From Candidatus Saccharimonadota bacterium (GTDB lineage: Bacteria > Patescibacteriota > Gracilibacteria > UBA1369 > 2-02-FULL-48-14): 32,000 bases of DNA. The notes under the pieces are model-generated. The model was not told the DNA's origin. It saw nothing but the letters and a program-made list of their open reading frames with translations, and did no database searches. A program made the position numbers and the translations under genes. Position 1 is the stretch's first letter; each line of letters opens with the position of its first letter. The stretch covers positions 1,020,001 through 1,052,000 of the forward strand of contig OZ246396.1 in the NCBI GenBank assembly GCA_965230905.1, read 5' to 3'. Positions 1-7,256 of the stretch are shown in pieces.

Positions 1-2
1 CT

Positions 3-569
3 CCCGAAGAATGGCTGTTTGAGGATATATCTTTTGCCAATCCACATTACGCCGCGATTGAGAACTTAGTGGAAATGGGAATATTTGAAGGTTATGCCGA
101 TAATACTTTCCGACCAGAAACTGAAATCAACCGAGCTGAACTCTTGAAGATTTTGGTGGAAGGTCGGGACATTGAGGTGGATGCTTCCTTGAATAAGAAC
201 TGTTTCCCTGATGTTGGGGAAGAATGGTATTCCCAGTACGTTTGCTACGCCAAATACCGAGGATGGATCAAGGGCTACAGTGACGGTACTTTTAGGCCCA
301 GCGACACGGTGAATAAAGTGGAGGCGCTCAAGATGCTCTTCAATGTCTATGAAATGGAGCTGAGTGAAGACGCTACGGTTGCGAATCTTAAGTACACCGA
401 TCTCGATGAAAATGCTTGGTACGCCATCTACGTATGGAAAGCCTCTAGCTTGGGAATTTTGGAAGAAACCGTGGGTGGAACCTTTAACGGTGCTGACGGT
501 AGAAACCGGGGTGATATGGCCGAAGAACTCTACCGCTACTTAGTGGTGGAGGAAGGGCTTAAGGAATAA
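3..569 (+). CDS. S-layer homology (SLH) domain protein, C-terminal part (5' end lies off the window)
   Basis: Frame 3 is open from the window edge, so the ORF-track GTG at 69 is internal. There are three tandem ~55-aa repeats with an SLH-like signature: FEDISFANPHYAAIENLVEMGIFEGYADNTFRPETEINRAELLKIL, then FPDV..WYSQYVCYAKYRGWIKGYSDGTFRPSDTVNKVEALKML, then YTDLDENAWYAIYVWKASSLGIL. The stop is TAA at 567-569. Confidence 0.8.
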   Translation, partial: PEEWLFEDISFANPHYAAIENLVEMGIFEGYADNTFRPETEINRAELLKILVEGRDIEVDASLNKNCFPDVGEEWYSQYVCYAKYRGWIKGYSDGTFRPSDTVNKVEALKMLFNVYEMELSEDATVANLKYTDLDENAWYAIYVWKASSLGILEETVGGTFNGADGRNRGDMAEELYRYLVVEEGLKE

Positions 570-1155
570 GTAATTTGCGTGGGATTTTTCCCAGATGAAG
601 CTCTATCAATACCTCTTTTACCGCCGCCGCTAGGTCATCTTGGCTTGTTCGTAAAACGGTTACACCTCGTTCCAAGGCCAACTTTTGTACTTTTTCTGGA
701 CCCGATGGATCGTAAAAAGTATCGTCTACCGTCTTCTGATCCCTGTCTTTCCATCGCATAGTGTGGCTGACCTCGGTTATCACCAAAGTGGGCAAAACAC
801 CTCTCATTTGTTTTCTAGTTAGCATGAATTGGTCTTTGTCAAAAACTTGGATTGCTCCTTGAGGCAAGTTGTTCATTCGTGTGGCTTGCAACATGTACAG
901 TGTTGCCCATCTACTATTCATGTCATCTGGATGGTACGACAGGGCTCCAGCCCGTGACGACGTTATTTTAGGTGGATGTGTAGGCAAGGCCTTTCCAGCT
1001 GCGCATGCTTTGTCAATTGCTTCAAAAGCGGCTTTTGAGATTGAATCCAGGTCGTTTTTACGCACGGCAATGTGATGCCCTCCAATGTGAGTGTGTGCCG
1101 CTCGTTTAAGTGCAGCTTCAGGATTCCATGTGGTCAACATGTCACTATGATACAA
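559..1155 (-). CDS. hypothetical protein (ORFan, no recognisable domain)
   Basis: 198-codon ORF. The start as called is TTG at 1155, and the first ATG is at 1140 (MLTTWNPEA...). No motif I can place, no TM segment and no signal peptide. It uses TCA/CTA/TTA/AGA/ATA codons that the core genes avoid. Its 3' end overlaps the convergent SLH gene by 11 nt. Confidence 0.5.
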   Translation of the reverse strand: MYHSDMLTTWNPEAALKRAAHTHIGGHHIAVRKNDLDSISKAAFEAIDKACAAGKALPTHPPKITSSRAGALSYHPDDMNSRWATLYMLQATRMNNLPQGAIQVFDKDQFMLTRKQMRGVLPTLVITEVSHTMRWKDRDQKTVDDTFYDPSGPEKVQKLALERGVTVLRTSQDDLAAAVKEVLIELHLGKIPRKLLIP

Positions 1156-1196
1156 CGTTTTTAGAGTACGTCAATAGGCCGCACTTTGTACAGTGA

Positions 1197-1273
1197 TGGT
1201 GCACCCAGAGGGATTCGAACCCCCAACCCTCGGTTCCGAAGACCGATGCTCTATCCAGTTGAGCTATGGGTGC
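1197..1273 (-). tRNA. tRNA-Arg (anticodon UCG), CCA-encoded
   Basis: The reverse complement reads GCACCCA TA GCTC AACTGGATA GAGC A TCGGT CTTCGGA ACCGA GGGTT GGGGG TTCGAAT CCCTC TGGGTGC ACCA. This gives a 7-bp acceptor stem, D, anticodon and T arms with one G:U pair, a GTTCGAAT T-loop, anticodon TCG at positions 34-36, and 77 nt including the encoded CCA. Confidence 0.9.
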
Positions 1274-1355
1274 ATGCTTGGGACAGTGTAGGGAAAAGAA
1301 CGCTCGAAAGAAAGAGATTCTTTTAAATCTACAGAAAGTGCTTTAAACTGCTCAC

Positions 1356-1988
1356 ATGGATTTGATCGATCTCTTTTTACATCTGGACGAGCACCTGGCT
1401 TCGTTGGTGGAACAGTTTGGATGGGGCAGTTACGTGGTGCTTTTTGCAATTGTTTTTTGTGAGACAGGCTTGGTGTTTACGCCATTTCTACCGGGAGATT
1501 CCTTGATTTTTGTGGCGGCGACTTTGGCGGCGCAAGAGGTGATGAATGTGCTTTTACTTTGGCCGCTGCTTTTGGTGGCGGCGATTGTGGGAGACAGCGT
1601 GAACTACTGGATTGGTAGTCGTTTTGGTAGAAAACTGGTTCGAGAAAAAGGACTGATTCGGCACGAGCACTTGGATCGCACGCGGGCTTTTTATGAAAAA
1701 TATGGGAAGAAAACCATTGTGATTGCACGCTTTATTCCCATCGTTCGCACCTTCGCGCCTTTTATGGCGGGGATGGCCCACATGGATTATAAAGTTTTCT
1801 GGTTCTACAACGTGCTGGGTGGTTTTTTGTGGGTCACGCTATTTACCTTTGCCGGATACTTTTTTGGAGAACTGCCTTGGGTCCAAGAGAATTTGCACTA
1901 CCTAATACTGCTTATTATTTTCCTTTCCTTACTGCCGCCCGTGTGGGAGTACTGGAGGAATAGAAAGGCTGTCCGGAGCGAGAAGTAA
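1356..1988 (+). CDS. DedA/VTT-domain family inner-membrane protein
   Basis: 210 aa with an ATG start. Typical DedA pattern: CETGLVFTPFLPGDSLIF, then GDSVNYWIGSRFGRKL, then YEKYGKKTIVIARFIPIVRTFAPFMAG. Multiple hydrophobic helices. Confidence 0.85.
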   Translation: MDLIDLFLHLDEHLASLVEQFGWGSYVVLFAIVFCETGLVFTPFLPGDSLIFVAATLAAQEVMNVLLLWPLLLVAAIVGDSVNYWIGSRFGRKLVREKGLIRHEHLDRTRAFYEKYGKKTIVIARFIPIVRTFAPFMAGMAHMDYKVFWFYNVLGGFLWVTLFTFAGYFFGELPWVQENLHYLILLIIFLSLLPPVWEYWRNRKAVRSEK

Positions 1989-2015
1989 ATATTCCTGAGC
2001 GTAAATTGTAGAAAG

Positions 2016-2045
2016 AAAAGGGAGGGCTCATGAGCCCTCCCTTTT
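2016..2045. terminator. bidirectional Rho-independent terminator between the convergent dedA-like gene and secDF
   Basis: AAAA GGGAGGGCTC AT GAGCCCTCCC TTTT. The GC-rich stem is about 9-10 bp around a small central loop. It is flanked by an A-tract on one side and a T-tract on the other, so it reads as hairpin plus U-tract on both strands. It lies in the 77-nt gap between two convergent stops. Confidence 0.75.
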
Positions 2046-2065
2046 CGCTTCCAGCGAAGGAATGT

Positions 2066-5000
2066 TTACTTTGAGCGTTTCTCTTGCCACTCGGTCCACC
2101 ACACCAGCATGGGGCTGGCGATGAAGATGGAAGAGTAGGTTCCAGCCGTGATACCAATGATGAGCGCGAGTACGAACCAACGGATGCTTTCGGCACCGAA
2201 GATGAAGAGCGCGGTGATGGTGATCAAAGTACAAACGGAAGTGTTGATAGAACGAGCCATGGTTTGGTTGAGCGCCTTGTTGGCGGTTTCGGCCAAGGTT
2301 TCGTTGTTGCCGCGGAAGCGGAGGTTCTCACGAATACGGTCGAACACCACAATGGTGTCGTGAACCGAGAATCCCATGATGGTCAGCAGCGCGGTGATGA
2401 AAAGGGCGTCCACTTCCACGTCCATGTAGTGGCCCAGGATAACGAAGATTCCAATCACAATGATCACGTCGTGGAGCAGCGCTGCAATGGCAGAGAGCCC
2501 GAACTTCCAGGCGCTGATTTCCTTAGTCACTTTGCGGAAGGCAAAGGCGATGTAGAGCACGATCATGATGGCCGTGATCACAATGGCGATGAGCGCTTTG
2601 TTCTTCAAAGTTTGTCCGATGGTGGGTCCTACGGTTGTGAAGCGGATCTCTTCAAAAGCTTCTTGATCGGTTGAGAGGGCAGTCACAATGGCTTGATGCT
2701 CCACTTCGGAGATGTGCTTCATGCGGATCAGGAAGGTGCCTTGATCGGTGCTCACGATTTGTGGAGTTCCGAAGTCAGCCACCAAAGTGGTTTCCACTGT
2801 TTCTAAGCTTTCAGTCAGAGTTTCGCTGGTGGTGCTTTCGTTCATGCGAACTTCAATCATGGTTCCTCCGGTGAAGTCCAGACCGTAGTTAACGGGGAAG
2901 ATCAGGATAGCGATGATAGCAATGAGCGCGAGGCCTCCAGAAATGGCGGCCCAGAGTTTGGTGTTTTGAATGATGGGAAGCATTTTGGTGCGAGCGACGC
3001 GAGGCTTGCCCCAGAGACTGAGTTTTTCAGCCAAGGTCTTGTTGGAGGCAGCTGCGGTGAGCAAGGTGCGTGTGAGCATGATGGCGCTGAACATGGAGAG
3101 CAGAATTCCGAGTGCGAGGTTGAGAGCGAATCCACGGATGATAGAGGAACCGAAGTAGAACAAAATGATACAAGTAATAAGTGAAGAGAAATTGGAATCG
3201 CGGATGGAATCCCAGGCGCGTTTGAACCCTTCTTCAATGGCTTGAGTAACGCTGCGTCCGTGTCCGAGTTCTTCTTTCATACGTTCAAAGATCAGTACGT
3301 TGGCGTCCACGGCCATACCAATAGAAAGGATTACTCCGGCGATACCCGCCAGCGTGAGAGTGATTTTGGTGGAGAGCACCATGGTCAGGAAGAAGAGTAC
3401 GAAACAAGCCACCAAAAAGGCGATGAATTTTTCTCCGCCGGAATCCCGGCTCTTAAGAATGATGTGAACCACTACGCCGAATACCACGAGCGCAATGAGC
3501 AAGGCCACGGCGGTGGGGAGAGCGGTTTTAATGATGAAGATGAGGAGCAGGGAATAGATTCCAAGCGCAATGCTTGCGATGAACCCAGGCAGACGGTAGT
3601 AAAGGATCATGAACAGAGCCAGGATGATCACTCCAATCATTCCTCCGAAGAGGCTTTGATCGAGGGCTTCCTGACCGAGCGTTGCGCTGATGTTGTATTG
3701 TCCTACGAGTTCAACGGGAGCGGGAATAGCTCCGGTGTTGAGATCACGGGCGAGGTCTTGTGCTTCTTCTAAAGTGAAGCTTCCGCTGATTTGTGCCTGA
3801 CCACCGGAGATTTTTTCATTCACATTGGGGGCAGAAATTAGGTTTCCTCCCACAAAGATGGCGATGCGTTTTCCCACGTTCTTTTCGGTGAGCTGTTCAA
3901 ACATTGTTGAGCCTTCGTCGGTGAAGGTGATGCTCACAAAAGGTTGGTAGGCTTGGTTGAACTGCACGTCCGCATGTTCAAAGTGTTCTCCGGTCATCAC
4001 AGATTCTTCGGCCCAAGGGCTGGGGGCAGTGCTGAAAACGATTTTATTGAAGGCCACTTTTTCGACTTCAATGGTTTCGGTGCCGGCTTCCACTTTTTCG
4101 TAAATCTGAATGAGGTGGTATCCGAATTCTGTTTCCACTACTTCGGAAACGCCGTTCACCGGCAAGTCGAAGGCTGCCTTTTCAAAGTCTTCGGTCATGG
4201 CGCCTTTTCCAAAAGAGCCCAGGTCACCCCCTTTCTCCTTTCCGGTGCTGTCATCGGTGTATTCCGTAGCGAGGGTTTCAAAAGAGCCTCCTTCCTTGAG
4301 TTTAGCTTGAACTTCTTGGATGCGAGCCAAGGCTTCTTCTTGGGTTCGGGTGATGCTTTCTTCCGCTCGTTCGGCCCCGGTGTAGGCCACCAAAATGTGG
4401 CGTGCGCTCACTTTTGCTTCGATTTCCTTAGTTTCTTCCTCGAGCTTGCGATCGGTGATTTGAATAACGCCCATTCCTTTGTTTTGTACGGCCGCTCCAC
4501 TTTCATCGATGGTGTAGCCATCGTCGAGTTCAAAAGGTCCAAACACAGCACCCACTTCTTTATCTGCCACGGCGGCTTGCAGGGCGGTGCTGAGGACGCT
4601 TACGTCGGTGAGTTCCACGGTTTCATACATCACTTCGTCTCGGAATTCTGTTTTTGCATCTTCAGCCAAGGCTTCAAACTCTTCTCCGGCTTTCACGCTG
4701 GCTTCAAAAGCCTTAGAAGCTTCGCTAGCCCAGGCTGCTTGTTCCGCATCTTCGGGATTTGGATTCTCTTCACGGAATTCCAATTGAATGGTTTTTCCCA
4801 CGGTGTTCTTGGCTTCGTCCAAATCGGTGATTCCAGCCAGTTCCACTACTACATGGTAAGCATCTCCAATATTGGAAACATAGATGCTGGGTTCAGAAAC
4901 GCCCAAGCTATCCACACGGCGGCGGATCACTTCCTTAACCCCTTCCACAATTTGGTCGCGGTCGGCTTCGGCCACTTCCGTCAGGTCAATGGAGTAGTCG

Positions 5001-5128
5001 AGCTGGGTTCCTCCTTTGAGGTCGAGACCGAGCTTGAGCTCGGTAGCGTGGTCAACGTAACCCAGGACACCTGCAAAAATTAGAATGAGTAGAACCTTGC
5101 CCGCTAGAAGTCTTTTAAAGGAAAACAT
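2066..5128 (-). CDS. secDF: fused protein-export membrane protein SecDF with an inserted parvulin-type PPIase domain
   Basis: 1020 aa. N-terminal TM, then the P1 start LGLDLKGGTQL. SecD core: GKRIAIFVGGNLISAPNVNEKISGGQAQISGSFTLEEAQDLARDLNTGAIP, TLTLAGIAGVILSIGMAVDANVLIFERMKEEL. SecF core: NYGLDFTGGTMIEV, LLHDVIIVIGIFV, LTIMGFSVHDTIVVFDRIREN. Residues ~239-345 are a full PpiC/parvulin domain (see findings). Confidence 0.9.
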   Translation of the reverse strand: MFSFKRLLAGKVLLILIFAGVLGYVDHATELKLGLDLKGGTQLDYSIDLTEVAEADRDQIVEGVKEVIRRRVDSLGVSEPSIYVSNIGDAYHVVVELAGITDLDEAKNTVGKTIQLEFREENPNPEDAEQAAWASEASKAFEASVKAGEEFEALAEDAKTEFRDEVMYETVELTDVSVLSTALQAAVADKEVGAVFGPFELDDGYTIDESGAAVQNKGMGVIQITDRKLEEETKEIEAKVSARHILVAYTGAERAEESITRTQEEALARIQEVQAKLKEGGSFETLATEYTDDSTGKEKGGDLGSFGKGAMTEDFEKAAFDLPVNGVSEVVETEFGYHLIQIYEKVEAGTETIEVEKVAFNKIVFSTAPSPWAEESVMTGEHFEHADVQFNQAYQPFVSITFTDEGSTMFEQLTEKNVGKRIAIFVGGNLISAPNVNEKISGGQAQISGSFTLEEAQDLARDLNTGAIPAPVELVGQYNISATLGQEALDQSLFGGMIGVIILALFMILYYRLPGFIASIALGIYSLLLIFIIKTALPTAVALLIALVVFGVVVHIILKSRDSGGEKFIAFLVACFVLFFLTMVLSTKITLTLAGIAGVILSIGMAVDANVLIFERMKEELGHGRSVTQAIEEGFKRAWDSIRDSNFSSLITCIILFYFGSSIIRGFALNLALGILLSMFSAIMLTRTLLTAAASNKTLAEKLSLWGKPRVARTKMLPIIQNTKLWAAISGGLALIAIIAILIFPVNYGLDFTGGTMIEVRMNESTTSETLTESLETVETTLVADFGTPQIVSTDQGTFLIRMKHISEVEHQAIVTALSTDQEAFEEIRFTTVGPTIGQTLKNKALIAIVITAIMIVLYIAFAFRKVTKEISAWKFGLSAIAALLHDVIIVIGIFVILGHYMDVEVDALFITALLTIMGFSVHDTIVVFDRIRENLRFRGNNETLAETANKALNQTMARSINTSVCTLITITALFIFGAESIRWFVLALIIGITAGTYSSIFIASPMLVWWTEWQEKRSK

Positions 5129-5183
5129 GGAAAATTGGCTTAGGGATTAGAATGCGGGCCCTTTCGGGAACGCTTGCGGGAAG

Positions 5184-5211
5184 ATTATACGAGCAAATAG
5201 CTTTAAAACAA
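5184..5211 (-). promoter_or_regulatory. candidate sigma70-type promoter for secDF (TTGTTT-16-TATAAT)
   Basis: On the minus strand, TTGTTT (5206-5211) is followed by a 16-nt spacer and TATAAT (5184-5189), about 55 nt upstream of the secDF ATG. The predicted leader contains a small GAAA-tetraloop hairpin (GCGTTCCC GAAA GGGCCCGC). Confidence 0.4.
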
Positions 5212-5283
5212 GCCATCCGTCACCTGTTTTATTGGCAGAAGTGGCTTTGTATGTTATTGATAGCTTAGCACTTCACCTGCTTC

Positions 5284-6207
5284 GTGGACGTATTTCTTAC
5301 TCTCCTGGTTAAACTCCTGCCTCTCTACTTAATCATGGGGCTTGGCTACGTGGCTGTGAAAGTCTTGAAGGTGGAGCGGACCAGCATCGCCCGCCTGTTG
5401 ATTTATATGGTTGCTCCGGCGGTGGTATTTTATGGTGTTTCACAAACGCCCATCTCACTGGCCACACTGTCTTTGCCATTTTTGTTTTTCTTTTTGTGCT
5501 GCTCGCTTGGGTTGGTCTTTTGGGTCGTGGGTAGCTGGGTGTGGGGAAAGGAATCAACCAAGAATTTGCTGGCGTATGCGGCGGGGGATGGAAACACGGG
5601 TTACTTTGGTCTCCCAGTGGCGTTGATTTTGTTTGATGAAAAGGTGCTTGGTTTGGTGGTGCTTTCGATGCTCGGTTTCATATTGTATGAGAATACGCTG
5701 GGATTTTTTATGATGGCGCGAGGAAATTACTCGCTGCGAGACAGTTTGGTGCGCATGAGCAAACTGCCTGCGGTTTATGCTTTTTTGGCGGGAGTGGCGG
5801 TGGCGGCGCTGGGTTGGATTTTTCCTCAGCCGGTGGTGGATTTCTTCCAATACTTCAAAGCATCTTATTCTTTATTGGGAATGATGGTGATTGGGATGGG
5901 CCTGGCCACGGCGACTCGCAGTTCTTTTGACGGGAAGTTCATTGGGCTTGCGTTTTTTGCAAAATTCATCCTGTGGCCGGCGATTGTGTTTGGGCTGATT
6001 TGGCTCGATCAGACTTATTTCCATTTTTATAACGCAGATATTTACGGCGTCATGATTTTAATGGCGATTGTGCCGCTGGCGGCTAACACGGTTACGTTTG
6101 CAACGGAACTCAAAGTGCATCCCGAAAAAGCCGCAGTGACGGTTTCACTCAGCACGGTGTTTGCGTTGGTCTATATTCCGGTGATCGTGATGTTCTTTTT
6201 GAGTTAG
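5284..6207 (+). CDS. AEC (auxin efflux carrier / Mem_trans) family permease
   Basis: 307 aa with a GTG start. About 10 hydrophobic helices. N-terminus LLVKLLPLYLIMGLGYVAVKV and C-terminal half IVPLAANTVTFATEL are typical of AEC-family transporters. Confidence 0.75.
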   Translation: MDVFLTLLVKLLPLYLIMGLGYVAVKVLKVERTSIARLLIYMVAPAVVFYGVSQTPISLATLSLPFLFFFLCCSLGLVFWVVGSWVWGKESTKNLLAYAAGDGNTGYFGLPVALILFDEKVLGLVVLSMLGFILYENTLGFFMMARGNYSLRDSLVRMSKLPAVYAFLAGVAVAALGWIFPQPVVDFFQYFKASYSLLGMMVIGMGLATATRSSFDGKFIGLAFFAKFILWPAIVFGLIWLDQTYFHFYNADIYGVMILMAIVPLAANTVTFATELKVHPEKAAVTVSLSTVFALVYIPVIVMFFLS

Positions 6208-6257
6208 GGTTGAAATGCTTGCATGGGATATTTGAGCTTTGGTATAATCATTACGTT

Positions 6258-6306
6258 AAAGCTTTCGGCCGTGGTTTATAAGCCACAACTTGGCGGAGAG
6301 CTTTTT
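6258..6306 (+). terminator. candidate Rho-independent terminator of the AEC permease gene
   Basis: AAAGCTTTCGGCC pairs with GGCGGAGAGCTTT, giving a 13-bp stem with one G:U and one mismatch. The stem encloses an inner GTGGT...GCCAC hairpin and ends in CTTTTTC. It lies 50 nt after the TAG stop. Confidence 0.5.
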
Positions 6307-6336
6307 CACTATTATGTAGTCCGAAATTTTGAACCT

Positions 6337-6358
6337 GAAAAATCACCCCCGGGGGTGA
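6337..6358 (-). terminator. Rho-independent terminator of the 117-aa ORF
   Basis: The minus strand reads TCACCCCCGGGGGTGA (perfect 16-nt palindrome, 6343-6358) followed directly by TTTTTC. It lies 58 nt downstream of the stop at 6416. Confidence 0.6.
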
Positions 6359-6415
6359 AAGCTGATCTGTAAAATTGTACGTCAGCGAACAAAGAGAGTG
6401 TGTTATTTCCCAGTT

Positions 6416-6769
6416 TTACCTGAGTCTTCCATGTCTTTCTTCCAAAGGAGACATCGCCCCCGAGAAAATTTTCTCCCTTAGTAGTTTTATTTGGCAACCA
6501 ACAGGTAAAAGAGTCCGTTGCCATCCTGGTAAATGGCTGGAGTCTATTACCACATCCGAACCTCGTACTCTGTCGCTGGCTCTACCCATGACTATTCTTA
6601 TTAGTGGATTTCCAGTTTCATCAAAGTGAGAGGATTGCCCTTCTACTTGCAACATTCTGCCAGGCTGAAAAACTGTTTCGCAAACTGTCCTTTCGGCTGG
6701 ACTGACTATGCACTCTCCTGTCTTTAAGTCTTCAAAGCGAATGGCAGCGGGCTCTTTGCTTAATCTCAT
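6416..6769 (-). CDS. hypothetical protein (ORFan, 117 aa)
   Basis: This is the longest ORF in a region where both strands carry 70-120-codon ORFs. The minus-strand choice is supported by a promoter-like element upstream (6791-6820) and a hairpin plus T-tract downstream (6337-6358). No recognisable domain. Confidence 0.45.
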   Translation of the reverse strand: MRLSKEPAAIRFEDLKTGECIVSPAERTVCETVFQPGRMLQVEGQSSHFDETGNPLIRIVMGRASDRVRGSDVVIDSSHLPGWQRTLLPVGCQIKLLREKIFSGAMSPLEERHGRLR

Positions 6770-6790
6770 AGTTATTATTAATAGGGGGTG

Positions 6791-6820
6791 ATTCTAGCTT
6801 ATTTAAATTGTGAATGTCTA
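6791..6820 (-). promoter_or_regulatory. candidate promoter of the 117-aa ORF (TAGACA-18-TAGAAT)
   Basis: On the minus strand, TAGACA (6815-6820) is followed by an 18-nt spacer and TAGAAT (6791-6796), 21 nt upstream of the ATG at 6769. Confidence 0.4.
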
Positions 6821-6880
6821 GCTCAAGAGAGGCGAACTTAGTGGGAGGAGAAATAGAAACGAGTTACGCCCGGGCGTACT

Positions 6881-7087
6881 TTACTGCTCTGGAAGCTGGG
6901 ATGACTCTAGAGCGTCTTTTACTTTCCATTCATATTCGGAGATCACGCTTCTGCAGTTGCCTACGGTTCCTTGTACCGAGCTTAAATCCCCATTTGGGTC
7001 TAGTTGCTCTATTTTTCTTCTGGCTTCTTCACGCACGGCTTCACAGTCGCGATCGTTGAGCCTATCCATCAGAGGCAGGATTGCCAT
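6881..7087 (-). CDS. hypothetical small protein (62-68 aa, charged, 2 Cys)
   Basis: ORF with ATG at 7087. A second in-frame ATG at 7069 overlaps the stop of the upstream small ORF (ATGGATAG). The TAA stop is followed immediately by the palindrome TACGCCCGGGCGTA (6865-6878). No recognisable domain. Confidence 0.35.
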   Translation of the reverse strand: MAILPLMDRLNDRDCEAVREEARRKIEQLDPNGDLSSVQGTVGNCRSVISEYEWKVKDALESSQLPEQ

Positions 7088-7253
7088 TATTATAGACCAC
7101 GCGATCAGCCATGCCGCGGCCCACCCGCATAATCTTTACTTCGGTGTGATCACAGTCTTCCTTGTTATTATCAACCTCGACGTAGGCAAGGACTGACACC
7201 ATTAGTCCGGCGCCTGTAAGGTAACGCAGTGCTACAGGTAGATTTTCTAGCAT
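7062..7253 (-). CDS. hypothetical small membrane protein (63 aa)
   Basis: The ATG lies 3 nt after the stop of the cupin gene. There is an N-terminal hydrophobic segment (LRYLTGAGLMVSVLAYV). No homology recognised. Confidence 0.4.
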   Translation of the reverse strand: MLENLPVALRYLTGAGLMVSVLAYVEVDNNKEDCDHTEVKIMRVGRGMADRVVYNNGNPASDG

Positions 7254-7256
7254 AGC

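Noticed and set aside
3944-5083. 379-aa plus-strand ORF antisense to secDF
   Set aside because: This is the same in-register antisense artefact of codon bias. The translation is junk-like, and the SecDF reading frame on the minus strand has clear family motifs.
6312-6524. 70-aa minus-strand ORF overlapping the end of the 117-aa ORF (possible frameshifted continuation)
   Set aside because: It would read straight through the hairpin plus T-tract terminator at 6337-6358. The 117-aa frame ends cleanly 58 nt before that terminator. The frameshift idea is not excluded but is unsupported.
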